Of a DNA stretch of 64,000 nt, positions 1-9,065 are shown in pieces; the first letter of the stretch is position 1, and each line of letters starts with the position of its first letter. A model generated the notes under the pieces. That model made no database searches, had not been told where the DNA came from, and worked only from the letters and a program-made list of their open reading frames with translations. The stretch is from positions 3,071-67,070 of the forward strand of contig CAZLRV010000007.1 in assembly GCA_964562175.1 (NCBI GenBank), given 5' to 3'. The DNA is from an uncultured Lachnospiraceae bacterium. Its GTDB lineage: Bacteria; Bacillota; Clostridia; Oscillospirales; CAG-272. Both the position numbers and the translations under genes were made by a program.

Positions 1-360
1 AAAGGCGATAAAAACAGCAATTATTACGTTACCGACAAAGGCAAATTTGTTGCCGACACGCTGAAAAGCGATATTTACGGATATATCCGCGAACGCGGAC
101 TTCGCAACGCCTTGAAATATCTTTCTTTCAAGGACAGGCATATAAGAATACGCTATTCGGAGGACAAGCAGCCAGACGGCACATACGATCTCACCTGCCG
201 TATGATACAGGACGGCAAAGATATTTTGAGAGTCACCGTAAATGCGGAAACGGAATTTCAAACGACTCGTATGGCTCAAAATTTCGTAGAAAACCCCGAC
301 CATTTGTACAAGCTCGTTTGCTCGTTTTTAGTCGGCGATACGAAATATCCCGATTTTTGA
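1..360 (+). CDS. 3' end of a CDS that enters from the left edge; hypothetical protein
   Basis: Frame 1 is open from base 1 (KGDKNSNYYVTDKGKF...) and runs into the 112..360 track ORF. Stop TGA is at 358-360. No recognisable motif. Confidence 0.5.
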   Translation, partial: KGDKNSNYYVTDKGKFVADTLKSDIYGYIRERGLRNALKYLSFKDRHIRIRYSEDKQPDGTYDLTCRMIQDGKDILRVTVNAETEFQTTRMAQNFVENPDHLYKLVCSFLVGDTKYPDF

Positions 361-362
361 GT

Positions 363-1550
363 TTAGGACTCGCCCTTTATAAGTGAGGCAAGCTCCCGCG
401 CCAACAGCTTTGCGGAATATTTCGCTTCATCGAGCGTATTTCCGTCCGAGCCGAATTCAAGAAGCAGACCCATTGAAGAATAATGTTGATTATACGCCCC
501 TTGCTTTATGCTTATGGGGCGTGTAAAATTTTTATAGCGTGACTCAAGTCTAAGCTGCAGTCTCACCGCAAGTGTCAGGTTATCACGCCACGAATCGTGC
601 TTTTGACCGAGCGTATCGGTGCCAACGACAAAAAGCACCTGTGCGGCGGGCTTACCGTTTATCTTGCATACGACCTTTGCCTTTTCTCCGCTTGACAGCT
701 TAACGCCGTCCCTGTGTACATCGAAAACATATTTTATCGTCGGATACTGCTTAAGCAGTTTTTTTATTTCTTCTGCGGCGTTTGAATACGCATTTGTATA
801 CGATTTTTTATCTATGGCAACATCGTAATGGAGCGTTTTTATACCGCATTTTCCCATTTCCTCGGCAAATACCTTGCCGACGGAAACGACGTTTTTCGTG
901 TTATCGTCGCTTCTTGTTTGGTACGGTTCGCTTATGCTGTCGCTTATTACCCCCTCCGGCGTATATGCCTCCGTACCGTGGGTGTGAATTACGAGAGCGT
1001 AATACGAATCGCCGTCCTTGTCCTCGTCGAATATTTCTTTCAGCTTCGCGTTCTTATAGTCATTAAGCTCAAACGGATACTTTGACGAATTGCTTACGTA
1101 CATAACGCCGTTTTCGGTCGGACGGCTGAGTGACAGAGGAACGATCGCACGGTAGCCCTCGGGGATAAGCGAACGGTCAAGTGCATACAGATCATCGGTC
1201 TGCACATTTTCACTGTAATATTTTGAAAGTATGCTCGATATGTTATTATCCGTATCCGTAATATACTGTACCTCGTCCTCGGGCGGCGCATACACCTCGT
1301 CCTCTTTCGATGTATGCTCGTCCGTTGTTGCCTCGCTCACGTAATCAAGCTCGCCCCCGTTCGGCAGCTCGGCTGTCTTTATTTTTTTCAGTGCGTCCTC
1401 GGCATTAAACAACGCTCCCAAGAGCATACACAATAGTGTAACGGGGCATACAACGAATGAATTAAGCATCGATATAACATACCTGCGACGTGAAAGCGAT
1501 TGATATTTTTCATCGTCGGTGCTTGTAAATTTTGAAAAATCGATCTTCAT
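363..1550 (-). CDS. spoIIP: stage II sporulation protein P (SpoIIP, amidase-like)
   Basis: N-terminal TM helix and a C-terminal core with ALVIHTHGTEAY and VFDVHRDG motifs typical of SpoIIP. It lies immediately downstream of gpr, as in Bacillus and Clostridium. RBS GGAGAGG. Confidence 0.8.
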   Translation of the reverse strand: MKIDFSKFTSTDDEKYQSLSRRRYVISMLNSFVVCPVTLLCMLLGALFNAEDALKKIKTAELPNGGELDYVSEATTDEHTSKEDEVYAPPEDEVQYITDTDNNISSILSKYYSENVQTDDLYALDRSLIPEGYRAIVPLSLSRPTENGVMYVSNSSKYPFELNDYKNAKLKEIFDEDKDGDSYYALVIHTHGTEAYTPEGVISDSISEPYQTRSDDNTKNVVSVGKVFAEEMGKCGIKTLHYDVAIDKKSYTNAYSNAAEEIKKLLKQYPTIKYVFDVHRDGVKLSSGEKAKVVCKINGKPAAQVLFVVGTDTLGQKHDSWRDNLTLAVRLQLRLESRYKNFTRPISIKQGAYNQHYSSMGLLLEFGSDGNTLDEAKYSAKLLARELASLIKGES

Positions 1551-1609
1551 TTTAAAATTCCTCTCCTGCGAATATTCGTTATATCTGTATTCGCAAAAGA
1601 GGAATTTTA

Positions 1610-2512
1610 TTACATATACATCATTTCTTCGTATGAAAGTATTTTATGCACGGCTCGATTTATTGCAAAGCCCACGAGTCTGCCGACCTCCGCCACGGCA
1701 TCGTCGGCATCCTTTATCGTAACGTACATACCTTTATATTTACTTTTTATATTCTCGCCAAGCTCACCCGTACACCCGTCTCCGAGAGCTTGGCAAATAA
1801 GGCTCGATGCATCTATGACCGTCGGCACGCCTATTGCCAGCGTAGGCACGCCGAAGGTCGTTCTCGACAGCTCACCTCTGTTGTTCCCCACCCCACTTCC
1901 GGGACTTATTCCCGTATCGGTGACCTGAACACACGCCGCAAGTGTTTGCGTATCTCTTGCCGCAAGCGCATCTATCACAACAATAATATCGGGCTTTACC
2001 CGCTGTGCTATTCCCTTTATCTGTTCAACGGCTTCAATGCCCGTCTGTCCGAGTACGCCCGGAGCGACCGATACAAGGTCTCCGAGTCCCGATGCATCGT
2101 ATACAGAGCGTTCGCTCTCTTTCAGATGATGTGTTGCGATGATATTCGAACAGGCAAGCGGTCCCACCGCATCGGGTGTGATATATCTGTTTCCGAGTCC
2201 GACGGCAAGCACGCTTGAATTATCCGGTATAAATCGCGATATTATCTTTGACAGCTCATCCGCACAACGCTTGAAACGCTCAAAATCGGTAAGCCAAAGC
2301 CTGCCTATATGCAGTGTACAGTAATTGCCGACGGGCTTTTCAAGCAGCTTCTCGCCACGCTCGTCCGTTATTTTTACATATTCGCATTCAAATCCGCCGC
2401 ATTGCTTTTTCTCGTATTCGATCCCGTCCGGTAAGCCCGAATGTTCCTTTGAATATTCCTTCATATAGTCTTCGTGCAGCTCGCTTGCAAGGTCGGAACG
2501 AAAATATCTCAT
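1610..2512 (-). CDS. gpr: germination protease GPR (spore endopeptidase, A25 family)
   Basis: The N-terminus MRYFRSDLASELHE and a length of 300 aa match GPR. It shows the conserved pairing with spoIIP. RBS GGAGG is 7 nt upstream. Confidence 0.85.
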   Translation of the reverse strand: MRYFRSDLASELHEDYMKEYSKEHSGLPDGIEYEKKQCGGFECEYVKITDERGEKLLEKPVGNYCTLHIGRLWLTDFERFKRCADELSKIISRFIPDNSSVLAVGLGNRYITPDAVGPLACSNIIATHHLKESERSVYDASGLGDLVSVAPGVLGQTGIEAVEQIKGIAQRVKPDIIVVIDALAARDTQTLAACVQVTDTGISPGSGVGNNRGELSRTTFGVPTLAIGVPTVIDASSLICQALGDGCTGELGENIKSKYKGMYVTIKDADDAVAEVGRLVGFAINRAVHKILSYEEMMYM

Positions 2513-2591
2513 CTTATTTCCTCCGCATTTTCATATATTGAGATAATTGACTCAACACTGTTTTTTATGCAAATGCGGATGAAAATATGCT

Positions 2592-3266
2592 TCATTTACA
2601 CAGCTTGTATATCATACACGGTCTGCCGCCCGTTTCGTAGTTTATCTCGCCTACCGCCATTCCGGCAGTTGCGAGGTAGTTCATATAACGCCGCACGGTA
2701 ACGCCCGTCAGACCGACACGCTCCGCTATCTGCTCTCCGGTAAGCCATTTGTCGCCGTTTTTCTTCATTTCGTCCATTATCAGGTGCAAGGTCTTTTCCT
2801 GTATTCCTTTCGGGAAAATATCCTCGCTCTTTTTTCGTGTGTTTTCGACGATAAAATCAATATTCTTTTGGCTCAGTGTTTCAAGCTCTGCCATGGCATT
2901 GCTTTGAGCTATGAATTTTTCAAGAGCCATCTGAAATCTGTCAAACGTAAAGGGCTTGACAAGATAATCGACTATTCCCAGGTGCAGTGCCTCGCCAAGC
3001 GAATCACGGTCGTTTGCCGCCGTGACCATTATGACCTCCGTACAAAGCTTTCGGCTTCTTATCTGCCTGAGCGTTTCAAAGCCGTCCATGTGCGGCATAT
3101 ACACGTCAAGTATGAGCAGGTCCGCCTCGTTATTTTCCAAAAATTCAAGTGCTTCCTCCCCGTCCCTGCATTTGGCTACGACCGTAAAGCTTTTATTTCG
3201 TTCTATATATTGCTCGTTTATCATTGCTACCATGGGGTCGTCCTCGGCTATTAAGACCTTATACAT
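2592..3266 (-). CDS. response regulator, CitB/DcuR family (receiver + C-terminal HTH)
   Basis: Receiver start MYKVLIAEDDPMV, the phospho-acceptor context LLILDVYMPHMDG, and a C-terminal HTH (GEQIAERVGLTGVTVRRYMNYL). It abuts the kinase stop codon. Confidence 0.85.
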   Translation of the reverse strand: MYKVLIAEDDPMVAMINEQYIERNKSFTVVAKCRDGEEALEFLENNEADLLILDVYMPHMDGFETLRQIRSRKLCTEVIMVTAANDRDSLGEALHLGIVDYLVKPFTFDRFQMALEKFIAQSNAMAELETLSQKNIDFIVENTRKKSEDIFPKGIQEKTLHLIMDEMKKNGDKWLTGEQIAERVGLTGVTVRRYMNYLATAGMAVGEINYETGGRPCMIYKLCK

Positions 3267-4859
3267 TTATTCATCCTCCTTTTTCGTAAAGCTTACGGAA
3301 AACGATGTGCCCACGCCGGGCTGTGACTCGACACTTATTTTGCCGCCCAGCGCATCGACCATGGCTTTCACCTGATAAAGCCCCGTGCCTCTGCCCTCGC
3401 CTTTTGTCGAATAGCCGTTTTCAAATATTTTCTTTATGTTTTCTTCGCTTATTCCTCCGCCCGTATCGTCAACCGTTATAAGCACACCGCCCTTGCGTGA
3501 ATAGATTCCGAACAAAAGCTCCTTTGAAGCGTCGTAGCCATCTTTTTCGTTCATCGCCTCAAGTGCGTTTTCTATCAAATTGCCGATTATGGTAACGAGC
3601 ATCTCACTCGGTAAAGCCATATCAGTCGGCGAATATGAGCATGATTGTCTTAACACGAATTTCACATTAAGCTCCGATGCACGTGCCGTTTTGCCTATAA
3701 GCAACGCCGCAATTGCCGGATCGGTAACGGCGTTCATTATCCTGCTTATGGACTCACGCTCTACAAGCGTTATATTTTGAATGTATTCCGTCGCCTCATC
3801 GTACATTTCCATTTGTATAAGTCCGAGTATTACGTGCAATTTATTTGTAAAATCGTGATTGTTTGCACGCATGGAATCGACAAGATATCTCGTTCCCGCA
3901 AGATCCTCCATAAGGCTTGTATATTCAGCTCTGTCGTGTAGTATTCCGACAGCTCCCGTTACCTCGTCATCCTCCTTTATCGGAATGCTGTCAAGCAATA
4001 TATTCGGCGTTCCGACACTTATATTGAATTTCTTTTCGCCGTCGGCGAGCGTTTCAGCCAAAGCGCCGTTGTCCTGCCCGACAATGGCAGAGTAAACGCC
4101 GCCGTTTTCCTTGTCAAGCATTTCCGATGCGGCTTTGTTGATAAATTGAATTTTTCCGTTTTTGTCAAGTGCCACTATTCCCTCGTCAAGCGACTCCAGA
4201 ATATTGTCACGCATTTTATACATTGCCGAAAACACATCCGGCTCATAGCCGAGCAGACTCTTTTTTATACCGCCGAGCAGCTTTGTCGACACAAGAAGCT
4301 CTGCCGCAATCGCCGCAAGCGTTATGAGGGCATATATGAATACAGTTTGGTATATCTCATTATATATGTTTCCTCTGAGCATTATCGCCATAACAAAGCC
4401 TATGTAATTTCCCGATGTGTCGTATACAGATGCATATGCACGCCTCTGAGTACCCGAGGGTCCCGTTTCATCCGTCGTGTAATAATCGCCCTTTTCAAAG
4501 CTCGGCAATCTTCCGTCGTAATAAGTGCCTATAAGCTCATGATTTGAATGGTACAGTCTCTTTCTATCCGCACCGACGACAGATATAACGTCTATATCGT
4601 CAAGCGTATCCATAAGCGAATCGAGATAACGCATTACCGAGACCTCGTCCCCTTCCGCCTCCTCGTCGGTCAAAATAGGTGAATGGGCTATCGTTTGGGC
4701 AACATTCTGCAGGTTTTGATCGCGTTTGACCGTTTCACGGTGTATATCAATGAGCGTGCCGACACCGCCCAAAAATAGCGCAAGCGTTACAATGAGTATA
4801 AGCTGAGTTCTGAAAAACATTTTTTGTATGTTTTTCATCGTATTTCTTTCTTTTTTCAT
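3267..4859 (-). CDS. sensor histidine kinase, CitA/DcuS family
   Basis: Two TM helices flank an extracytoplasmic sensor domain, followed by a PAS-like segment. The H-box NHDFTNKLHVILGLIQ is the DcuS/CitA type, and the ATPase shows N- and G-boxes (NLIENALEA, DDTGGGI, GRGTGL). Start chosen at MKKERN (4859); the ATG at 4838 and the ORF start at 4904 remain possible. Confidence 0.85.
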   Translation of the reverse strand: MKKERNTMKNIQKMFFRTQLILIVTLALFLGGVGTLIDIHRETVKRDQNLQNVAQTIAHSPILTDEEAEGDEVSVMRYLDSLMDTLDDIDVISVVGADRKRLYHSNHELIGTYYDGRLPSFEKGDYYTTDETGPSGTQRRAYASVYDTSGNYIGFVMAIMLRGNIYNEIYQTVFIYALITLAAIAAELLVSTKLLGGIKKSLLGYEPDVFSAMYKMRDNILESLDEGIVALDKNGKIQFINKAASEMLDKENGGVYSAIVGQDNGALAETLADGEKKFNISVGTPNILLDSIPIKEDDEVTGAVGILHDRAEYTSLMEDLAGTRYLVDSMRANNHDFTNKLHVILGLIQMEMYDEATEYIQNITLVERESISRIMNAVTDPAIAALLIGKTARASELNVKFVLRQSCSYSPTDMALPSEMLVTIIGNLIENALEAMNEKDGYDASKELLFGIYSRKGGVLITVDDTGGGISEENIKKIFENGYSTKGEGRGTGLYQVKAMVDALGGKISVESQPGVGTSFSVSFTKKEDE

Positions 4860-5002
4860 TAAGATAATGCCGCCTTTTTTCTTTATCCGAGTACAGTATA
4901 GCATATTTCATCGAAAAATGCAATTTTATTTCTTACGAAAAGACTTTTGAAAGTAAAAAAAACGGAGCTTTTCGGTATTTCATCTTAGTATTTTATGAAT
5001 AA

Positions 5003-5031
5003 TTGCTTTTTTCGCCTCCGTATGCTATCAT
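5003..5031 (+). promoter_or_regulatory. candidate sigma-A promoter for the PQ-loop/SGNH pair
   Basis: TTGCTT (5003-5008), a 17 nt spacer, then TATCAT (5026-5031) preceded by TG at the extended -10 position. Confidence 0.45.
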
Positions 5032-5065
5032 GTCACCACAGAAACAAAACGGGAGTTGAAATAAA

Positions 5066-5341
5066 ATGGGATCTATACTTGAAACGGCGATGCTCATTTG
5101 CTTCGGTTTTTCTTGGCCTCTCAACGTCGTAAAGGCGTACAAAGCCGAGACTGCCAAGGGCATGAGCTTACCCTTTATTCTTTTGATAATCGTGGGCTAT
5201 GTAGCCGGAATAAGCGCAAAAATAATAGCACATCAGGTAAACTATGTGCTTATCGCTTATATTCTCAATCTTGCCATAGTCTCGCTTAACGTAGCGGTAT
5301 ATTTCAGAAATGTCGCTTTGGATAAAAAGCGTGCATCATAA
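5066..5341 (+). CDS. small 3-TM membrane protein, PQ-loop / SemiSWEET-like (paralog 1)
   Basis: 91 aa with three predicted TM helices and a proline motif at the end of TM1 (FSWPLNV) followed by a basic loop, the layout of PQ-loop/SemiSWEET proteins. RBS GGGAG. Paralog at 9066..9344. Confidence 0.6.
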   Translation: MGSILETAMLICFGFSWPLNVVKAYKAETAKGMSLPFILLIIVGYVAGISAKIIAHQVNYVLIAYILNLAIVSLNVAVYFRNVALDKKRAS

Positions 5342-5356
5342 ACGGAGGAAATAAAA

Positions 5357-5953
5357 ATGTTTGATAACGAGATAAAAAAATATCAGGCTCTTAACGAGCT
5401 TGCACAATGCGACGGTATAGCCATAATGGGCAGTGAGGATGATCTGAATATCCCCTTATGTGAGCTTTGTCGGGCATTTTCCATCGAATCCGAGCTTTAT
5501 AACAGAAGCGTAACGGGACTTGATGTAAAAAACGCCGAGGAGATCTATGACACCTGTGTCCGTCCTATAATGCCCGAATGCATTTTTTTGCATATAGGCA
5601 AAAACGATATCGAGTATTTCACAAGCTCGCCGTCCGAATTTGATGAAAAATACCGCTCCTTGATACGTCATATACGAAAGAGCGACAAAAAATGCCGTAT
5701 CGTGATCGTTTCAATGAAAAACTACGACGATGACGCAAGCATTCTCGAAATGAATAAGCACCTAAAATACATAGCACTGCAAGAGCATTGCGAATACGGT
5801 GATATTGCCGCACGCCGCCTTTGGAATCCCGTCGGAATACGCGAAACGATATCCTTTATACACAGCATGGGCTTCGTTTCATCCTTGAAAAACAGACGAC
5901 CCACGTATGACTTGATAAAAATACTGTTCTGCTACGAGCCTTGCTTGGATTAA
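5357..5953 (+). CDS. SGNH/GDSL hydrolase-like protein with degenerate catalytic blocks
   Basis: Block-like motifs IAIMGSEDD (GDS position), NRSVTGL and FLHIGKNDI (GxND). I see no clear DxxH block. RBS GGAGG. It starts 15 nt after the PQ-loop gene. Confidence 0.5.
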   Translation: MFDNEIKKYQALNELAQCDGIAIMGSEDDLNIPLCELCRAFSIESELYNRSVTGLDVKNAEEIYDTCVRPIMPECIFLHIGKNDIEYFTSSPSEFDEKYRSLIRHIRKSDKKCRIVIVSMKNYDDDASILEMNKHLKYIALQEHCEYGDIAARRLWNPVGIRETISFIHSMGFVSSLKNRRPTYDLIKILFCYEPCLD

Positions 5954-5984
5954 GCGGAACGGTTAATTTAAGAAAATTGCACTG

Positions 5985-6138
5985 AAAAAGACTCCTTTGA
6001 ACGGCATGCACGATTAGCGGTAAAATGAAATCCATTTTACGCCGTTTTGAAATATTCCTTGCGGTCTAAGCAACCGCATTCCGCAAGCGGAAACGGAATA
6101 TTTTCAAAACGAAGTGCAGGTCGAAAAGGAGTCTTTTT
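5985..6138. repeat. nested palindromic multi-hairpin element between convergent genes
   Basis: The outer 14-bp perfect inverted repeat AAAAAGACTCCTTT (5985-5998) / AAAGGAGTCTTTTT (6125-6138) is followed by a T-run. It encloses two internal hairpins (6017-6044 and 6043-6111), the second with a 16/17-bp stem. Confidence 0.6.
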
Positions 6139-6143
6139 TTCAC

Positions 6144-7940
6144 TTATGCATTTGTGTTCAGCGGTTCAAAGTCGGAGGCGGGATGCTTGCAGAGCGGGCA
6201 GATGAAATCATCGGGGAGAGTATCTCCCTCATAGACATAGCCGCAGACCTTGCACACGAAGCCTTTTTTGCCTTCCGGCTTGGGCTTGACATTTTTCTGA
6301 TAATATGCATAGGTCATGCTTTCCTCGTCGTTTATAACACGTGCCTCGGTTACGGAGCAAATAAACATTCCGTGTGTGCCCATATCGACGTATTGCTCTA
6401 CCTTAAGTGAAATAAACGAATTTATATATCTCTCAAGGAATACAAGTCCGTTATCCGATCTGTAGGGTGTGCTTGCTGCGAATTTATCCGTATTTCGTCC
6501 GCTTCTGAAGCCGAAGTCCTCGATGAGCTTAAACGGTGCGGAGGTAGTTAAGCAATTCAGGTTCATTATACCCGTTTGCTTTATGATGTGGTGTGAATAA
6601 TTGTCTTTATTTATCGTTACCGCTATTCTGTTAGGCGTATTCGTTACCTGCATCACGGTATTTACTATGAGTCCGTTGTCTTTCTTGCCGTCGTTTGAGG
6701 TAACGACATAAAGACCGTAGCCTATATTGAACAGTGCCGTTGTATCGTGCTTGTTTACGTTTTCGGATGAGCGTGCCGAATATTCCGCACACAGCTCGTC
6801 TGCGAGTGCCGAGAGCTGTTGCTCGTTTTCCTTGCTCATTGCGGAACGTATCGTCACGTTATTCTGTGCAAAGGTAATATTCTTACAGCCCTCAAACATT
6901 TTTTTCATAACATTTGCCGCAACGGGTGCCCAGCTTCCGTTTTCGATAAGTGCTATGGTTCTGTTTTTGTAAGCACGCTCGGTGAGGTGGTTTATAAACT
7001 CCTTCATATACGGGAAGATATCGGCGTTGTACGTAGTTGTCGCAAGCACCGTTTTTCCGTATCTGAATGCATCCTCCACTGCCTCGGAAATATCCGTTCT
7101 TGCCAGATCGTGCAAAACGACCTTGGGACAGCCTTTGTTTTCAAGCAAGGCGGCAAGATATTCGACGGCTTTTTTCGTATTTCCGTATACCGAGGTATAG
7201 GCGATCACTATGCCCTCCGTTTCCACGGCGTAGGACGACCAGATATTATATAAATTCAGATAATATCCGAGGTCTTTTGTCAACACAGGGCCGTGAAGCG
7301 GACATATTTTTTCGATATCCAAGCCGGCCGCCTTTTTCAGAAGTGCCTGAACCTGAGCGCCGTATTTACCGACTATGCCGAAGTAGTATCTGCGAGCCTC
7401 GCACGCCCAATCGTCATTTTCATCAAACGAGCCGAATCTGCCGAAGCCGTCTGCGGAAAACAATACTTTATCGCACGCATCGTGCGTCACCATGACCTCG
7501 GGCCAATGCACCATAGGAGCGGCAACGAACGAAAGCGTGTGCTTGCCGAGAGACAATGTGTCACCCTCCGATATGACGATGCGTCTTTGCTCAAACTCGT
7601 CCCCGAAGAAGTTTTTCATCATTGCAAACGCCTTTTGCGATGAAACTATCGTACATTTCGGGTACAGCTCAAGGAAAGTGACTATATTTGCCGAGTGATC
7701 CGGCTCCATATGTTGAACTATCAAATAATCGGGGCTTTTTTTGCCGAGTGCCTCCGCTATATTATCGAGCCATTGATGTGAAAAATTGCGGTCTACCGTA
7801 TCCATAACGGCTGTCTTCTCGTCAAGTATGACATAGGAATTATACGTAATACCGTCGGGTATCTTATACTGACCCTCAAACAGGTCGGTTTTTGTGTCCC
7901 TTACGCCGACATATGCTATATCATCGGTTATTTTATGCAT
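6144..7940 (-). CDS. multidomain flavodiiron protein (metallo-beta-lactamase diiron + flavodoxin + flavin-reductase-like + rubredoxin)
   Basis: The N-terminus carries the diiron motif HMEPDHS. A flavodoxin segment (IVIAYTSVYGNTKKA) follows, then a flavin-reductase-like segment (GLYVVTSNDGKKDNGLIVNT). The C-terminus is a rubredoxin (CKVCGYVYEG...CPLCKHP). Confidence 0.8.
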   Translation of the reverse strand: MHKITDDIAYVGVRDTKTDLFEGQYKIPDGITYNSYVILDEKTAVMDTVDRNFSHQWLDNIAEALGKKSPDYLIVQHMEPDHSANIVTFLELYPKCTIVSSQKAFAMMKNFFGDEFEQRRIVISEGDTLSLGKHTLSFVAAPMVHWPEVMVTHDACDKVLFSADGFGRFGSFDENDDWACEARRYYFGIVGKYGAQVQALLKKAAGLDIEKICPLHGPVLTKDLGYYLNLYNIWSSYAVETEGIVIAYTSVYGNTKKAVEYLAALLENKGCPKVVLHDLARTDISEAVEDAFRYGKTVLATTTYNADIFPYMKEFINHLTERAYKNRTIALIENGSWAPVAANVMKKMFEGCKNITFAQNNVTIRSAMSKENEQQLSALADELCAEYSARSSENVNKHDTTALFNIGYGLYVVTSNDGKKDNGLIVNTVMQVTNTPNRIAVTINKDNYSHHIIKQTGIMNLNCLTTSAPFKLIEDFGFRSGRNTDKFAASTPYRSDNGLVFLERYINSFISLKVEQYVDMGTHGMFICSVTEARVINDEESMTYAYYQKNVKPKPEGKKGFVCKVCGYVYEGDTLPDDFICPLCKHPASDFEPLNTNA

Positions 7941-8027
7941 TTTATACCTCTTTCTTTTAATCTGATATATTAAGAATAATTATAAACTTATTCGTTTTTT
8001 ATATCAAATACAATATGTAAATTTTTT

Positions 8028-8954
8028 TCAATATCTGTAGCCCGGTTCTGTCTTTTTACGTTTGCTCTCCGTGAGCATGAGCTTTTCAAGCTCCTTTACC
8101 GCCATGCTCATCGGATGATCGGGGTTTTTGAGCAGGCACACCGCACGTTCGATAATTACATTTTTTACCTCAAGCACGCATATGCTCTTTTGGTCGGAAT
8201 CGTTAAGCACGAAGGTCTCAGGTACAAAACCTATTCCGAGATCGCTCTTTACGAGCGGAAGTATCTGGTCCGCAGTTGCAGCCTCCGTATCGGGGGAATA
8301 TTCCAAGCCGTGTTGTGCAAACAGGTCGCTGTAGAAATCATACGTTTTAGTTTGCTTTCCGAGTCCTATTATCTGATTTTCGGCAATCTCCTCAAGTGTC
8401 ATGGCTTTATCGGCAAGTGAGGCGTATGCGCCGCCGCAAACGGCTATTTCACGGAATTTACACAGCTCTTTCAAAGCGAGCTGACCATGGTTTCCCGTCG
8501 GAGTAGTCACAACGCATATATCGACATTGCCGCTTTTCAGAGCGGCAAGTGCCTGCGGAGTGGAATAATTCGCAACCTTTATGCGTATTCCGGGATAATT
8601 CTGCTTAAACTCCTTAAGCACGGGCAGGAGAAAGCAATGCAGTGCAACCTCACTCGCACCTATCGTGACCGAGCCTTTTTTAAGCCCGCGCTCTGCCGAT
8701 ATCTCGTTTTCACCCATCTCTATCCGATCGACGGCAACGGAAATATGCGAAAAAAGGCGTTCGCCCTCCGAGGTCAGCTTAACTCCTTTGTTGGATCTGA
8801 CGAAAAGAGTACAGCCAAGCTCGTTTTCAAGCTTCTTTACGGAGCGTGTTATATTGGGCTGATTATACATCATTATATCCGCCGCTCTTGTAATACTGCC
8901 GTACTTTGCGACATAATAGAATATTTTATAGTAATCGTAGCTTATGTTCATCAT
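8028..8954 (-). CDS. LysR-family transcriptional regulator
   Basis: N-terminal wHTH YYKIFYYVAKYGSITRAADIMMYNQPNITRSVKKLENELG plus a periplasmic-binding-like effector domain. Start moved to the MMNISY ATG pair (8954/8951). Confidence 0.85.
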   Translation of the reverse strand: MMNISYDYYKIFYYVAKYGSITRAADIMMYNQPNITRSVKKLENELGCTLFVRSNKGVKLTSEGERLFSHISVAVDRIEMGENEISAERGLKKGSVTIGASEVALHCFLLPVLKEFKQNYPGIRIKVANYSTPQALAALKSGNVDICVVTTPTGNHGQLALKELCKFREIAVCGGAYASLADKAMTLEEIAENQIIGLGKQTKTYDFYSDLFAQHGLEYSPDTEAATADQILPLVKSDLGIGFVPETFVLNDSDQKSICVLEVKNVIIERAVCLLKNPDHPMSMAVKELEKLMLTESKRKKTEPGYRY

Positions 8955-8967
8955 TTTACCCATATCA

Positions 8968-8984
8968 TTTTGGTATATCCAAAA
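8968..8984. promoter_or_regulatory. candidate LysR-type binding site
   Basis: TTTTGG-TATAT-CCAAAA dyad in the divergent intergenic region. Its centre is about 58 nt upstream of the predicted start site of the 9066 gene. Confidence 0.3.
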
Positions 8985-8998
8985 TATCAAACATACAT

Positions 8999-9027
8999 TT
9001 TACAAATATGCATTTTGATGATATAAT
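8999..9027 (+). promoter_or_regulatory. candidate sigma-A promoter for PQ-loop paralog 2
   Basis: TTTACA (8999-9004), a 17 nt spacer, then TATAAT (9022-9027) with an extended -10 TG. Confidence 0.5.
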
Positions 9028-9065
9028 AGCAACAGTTAAAAACAAACAGGGAAGGTACTTAACAG

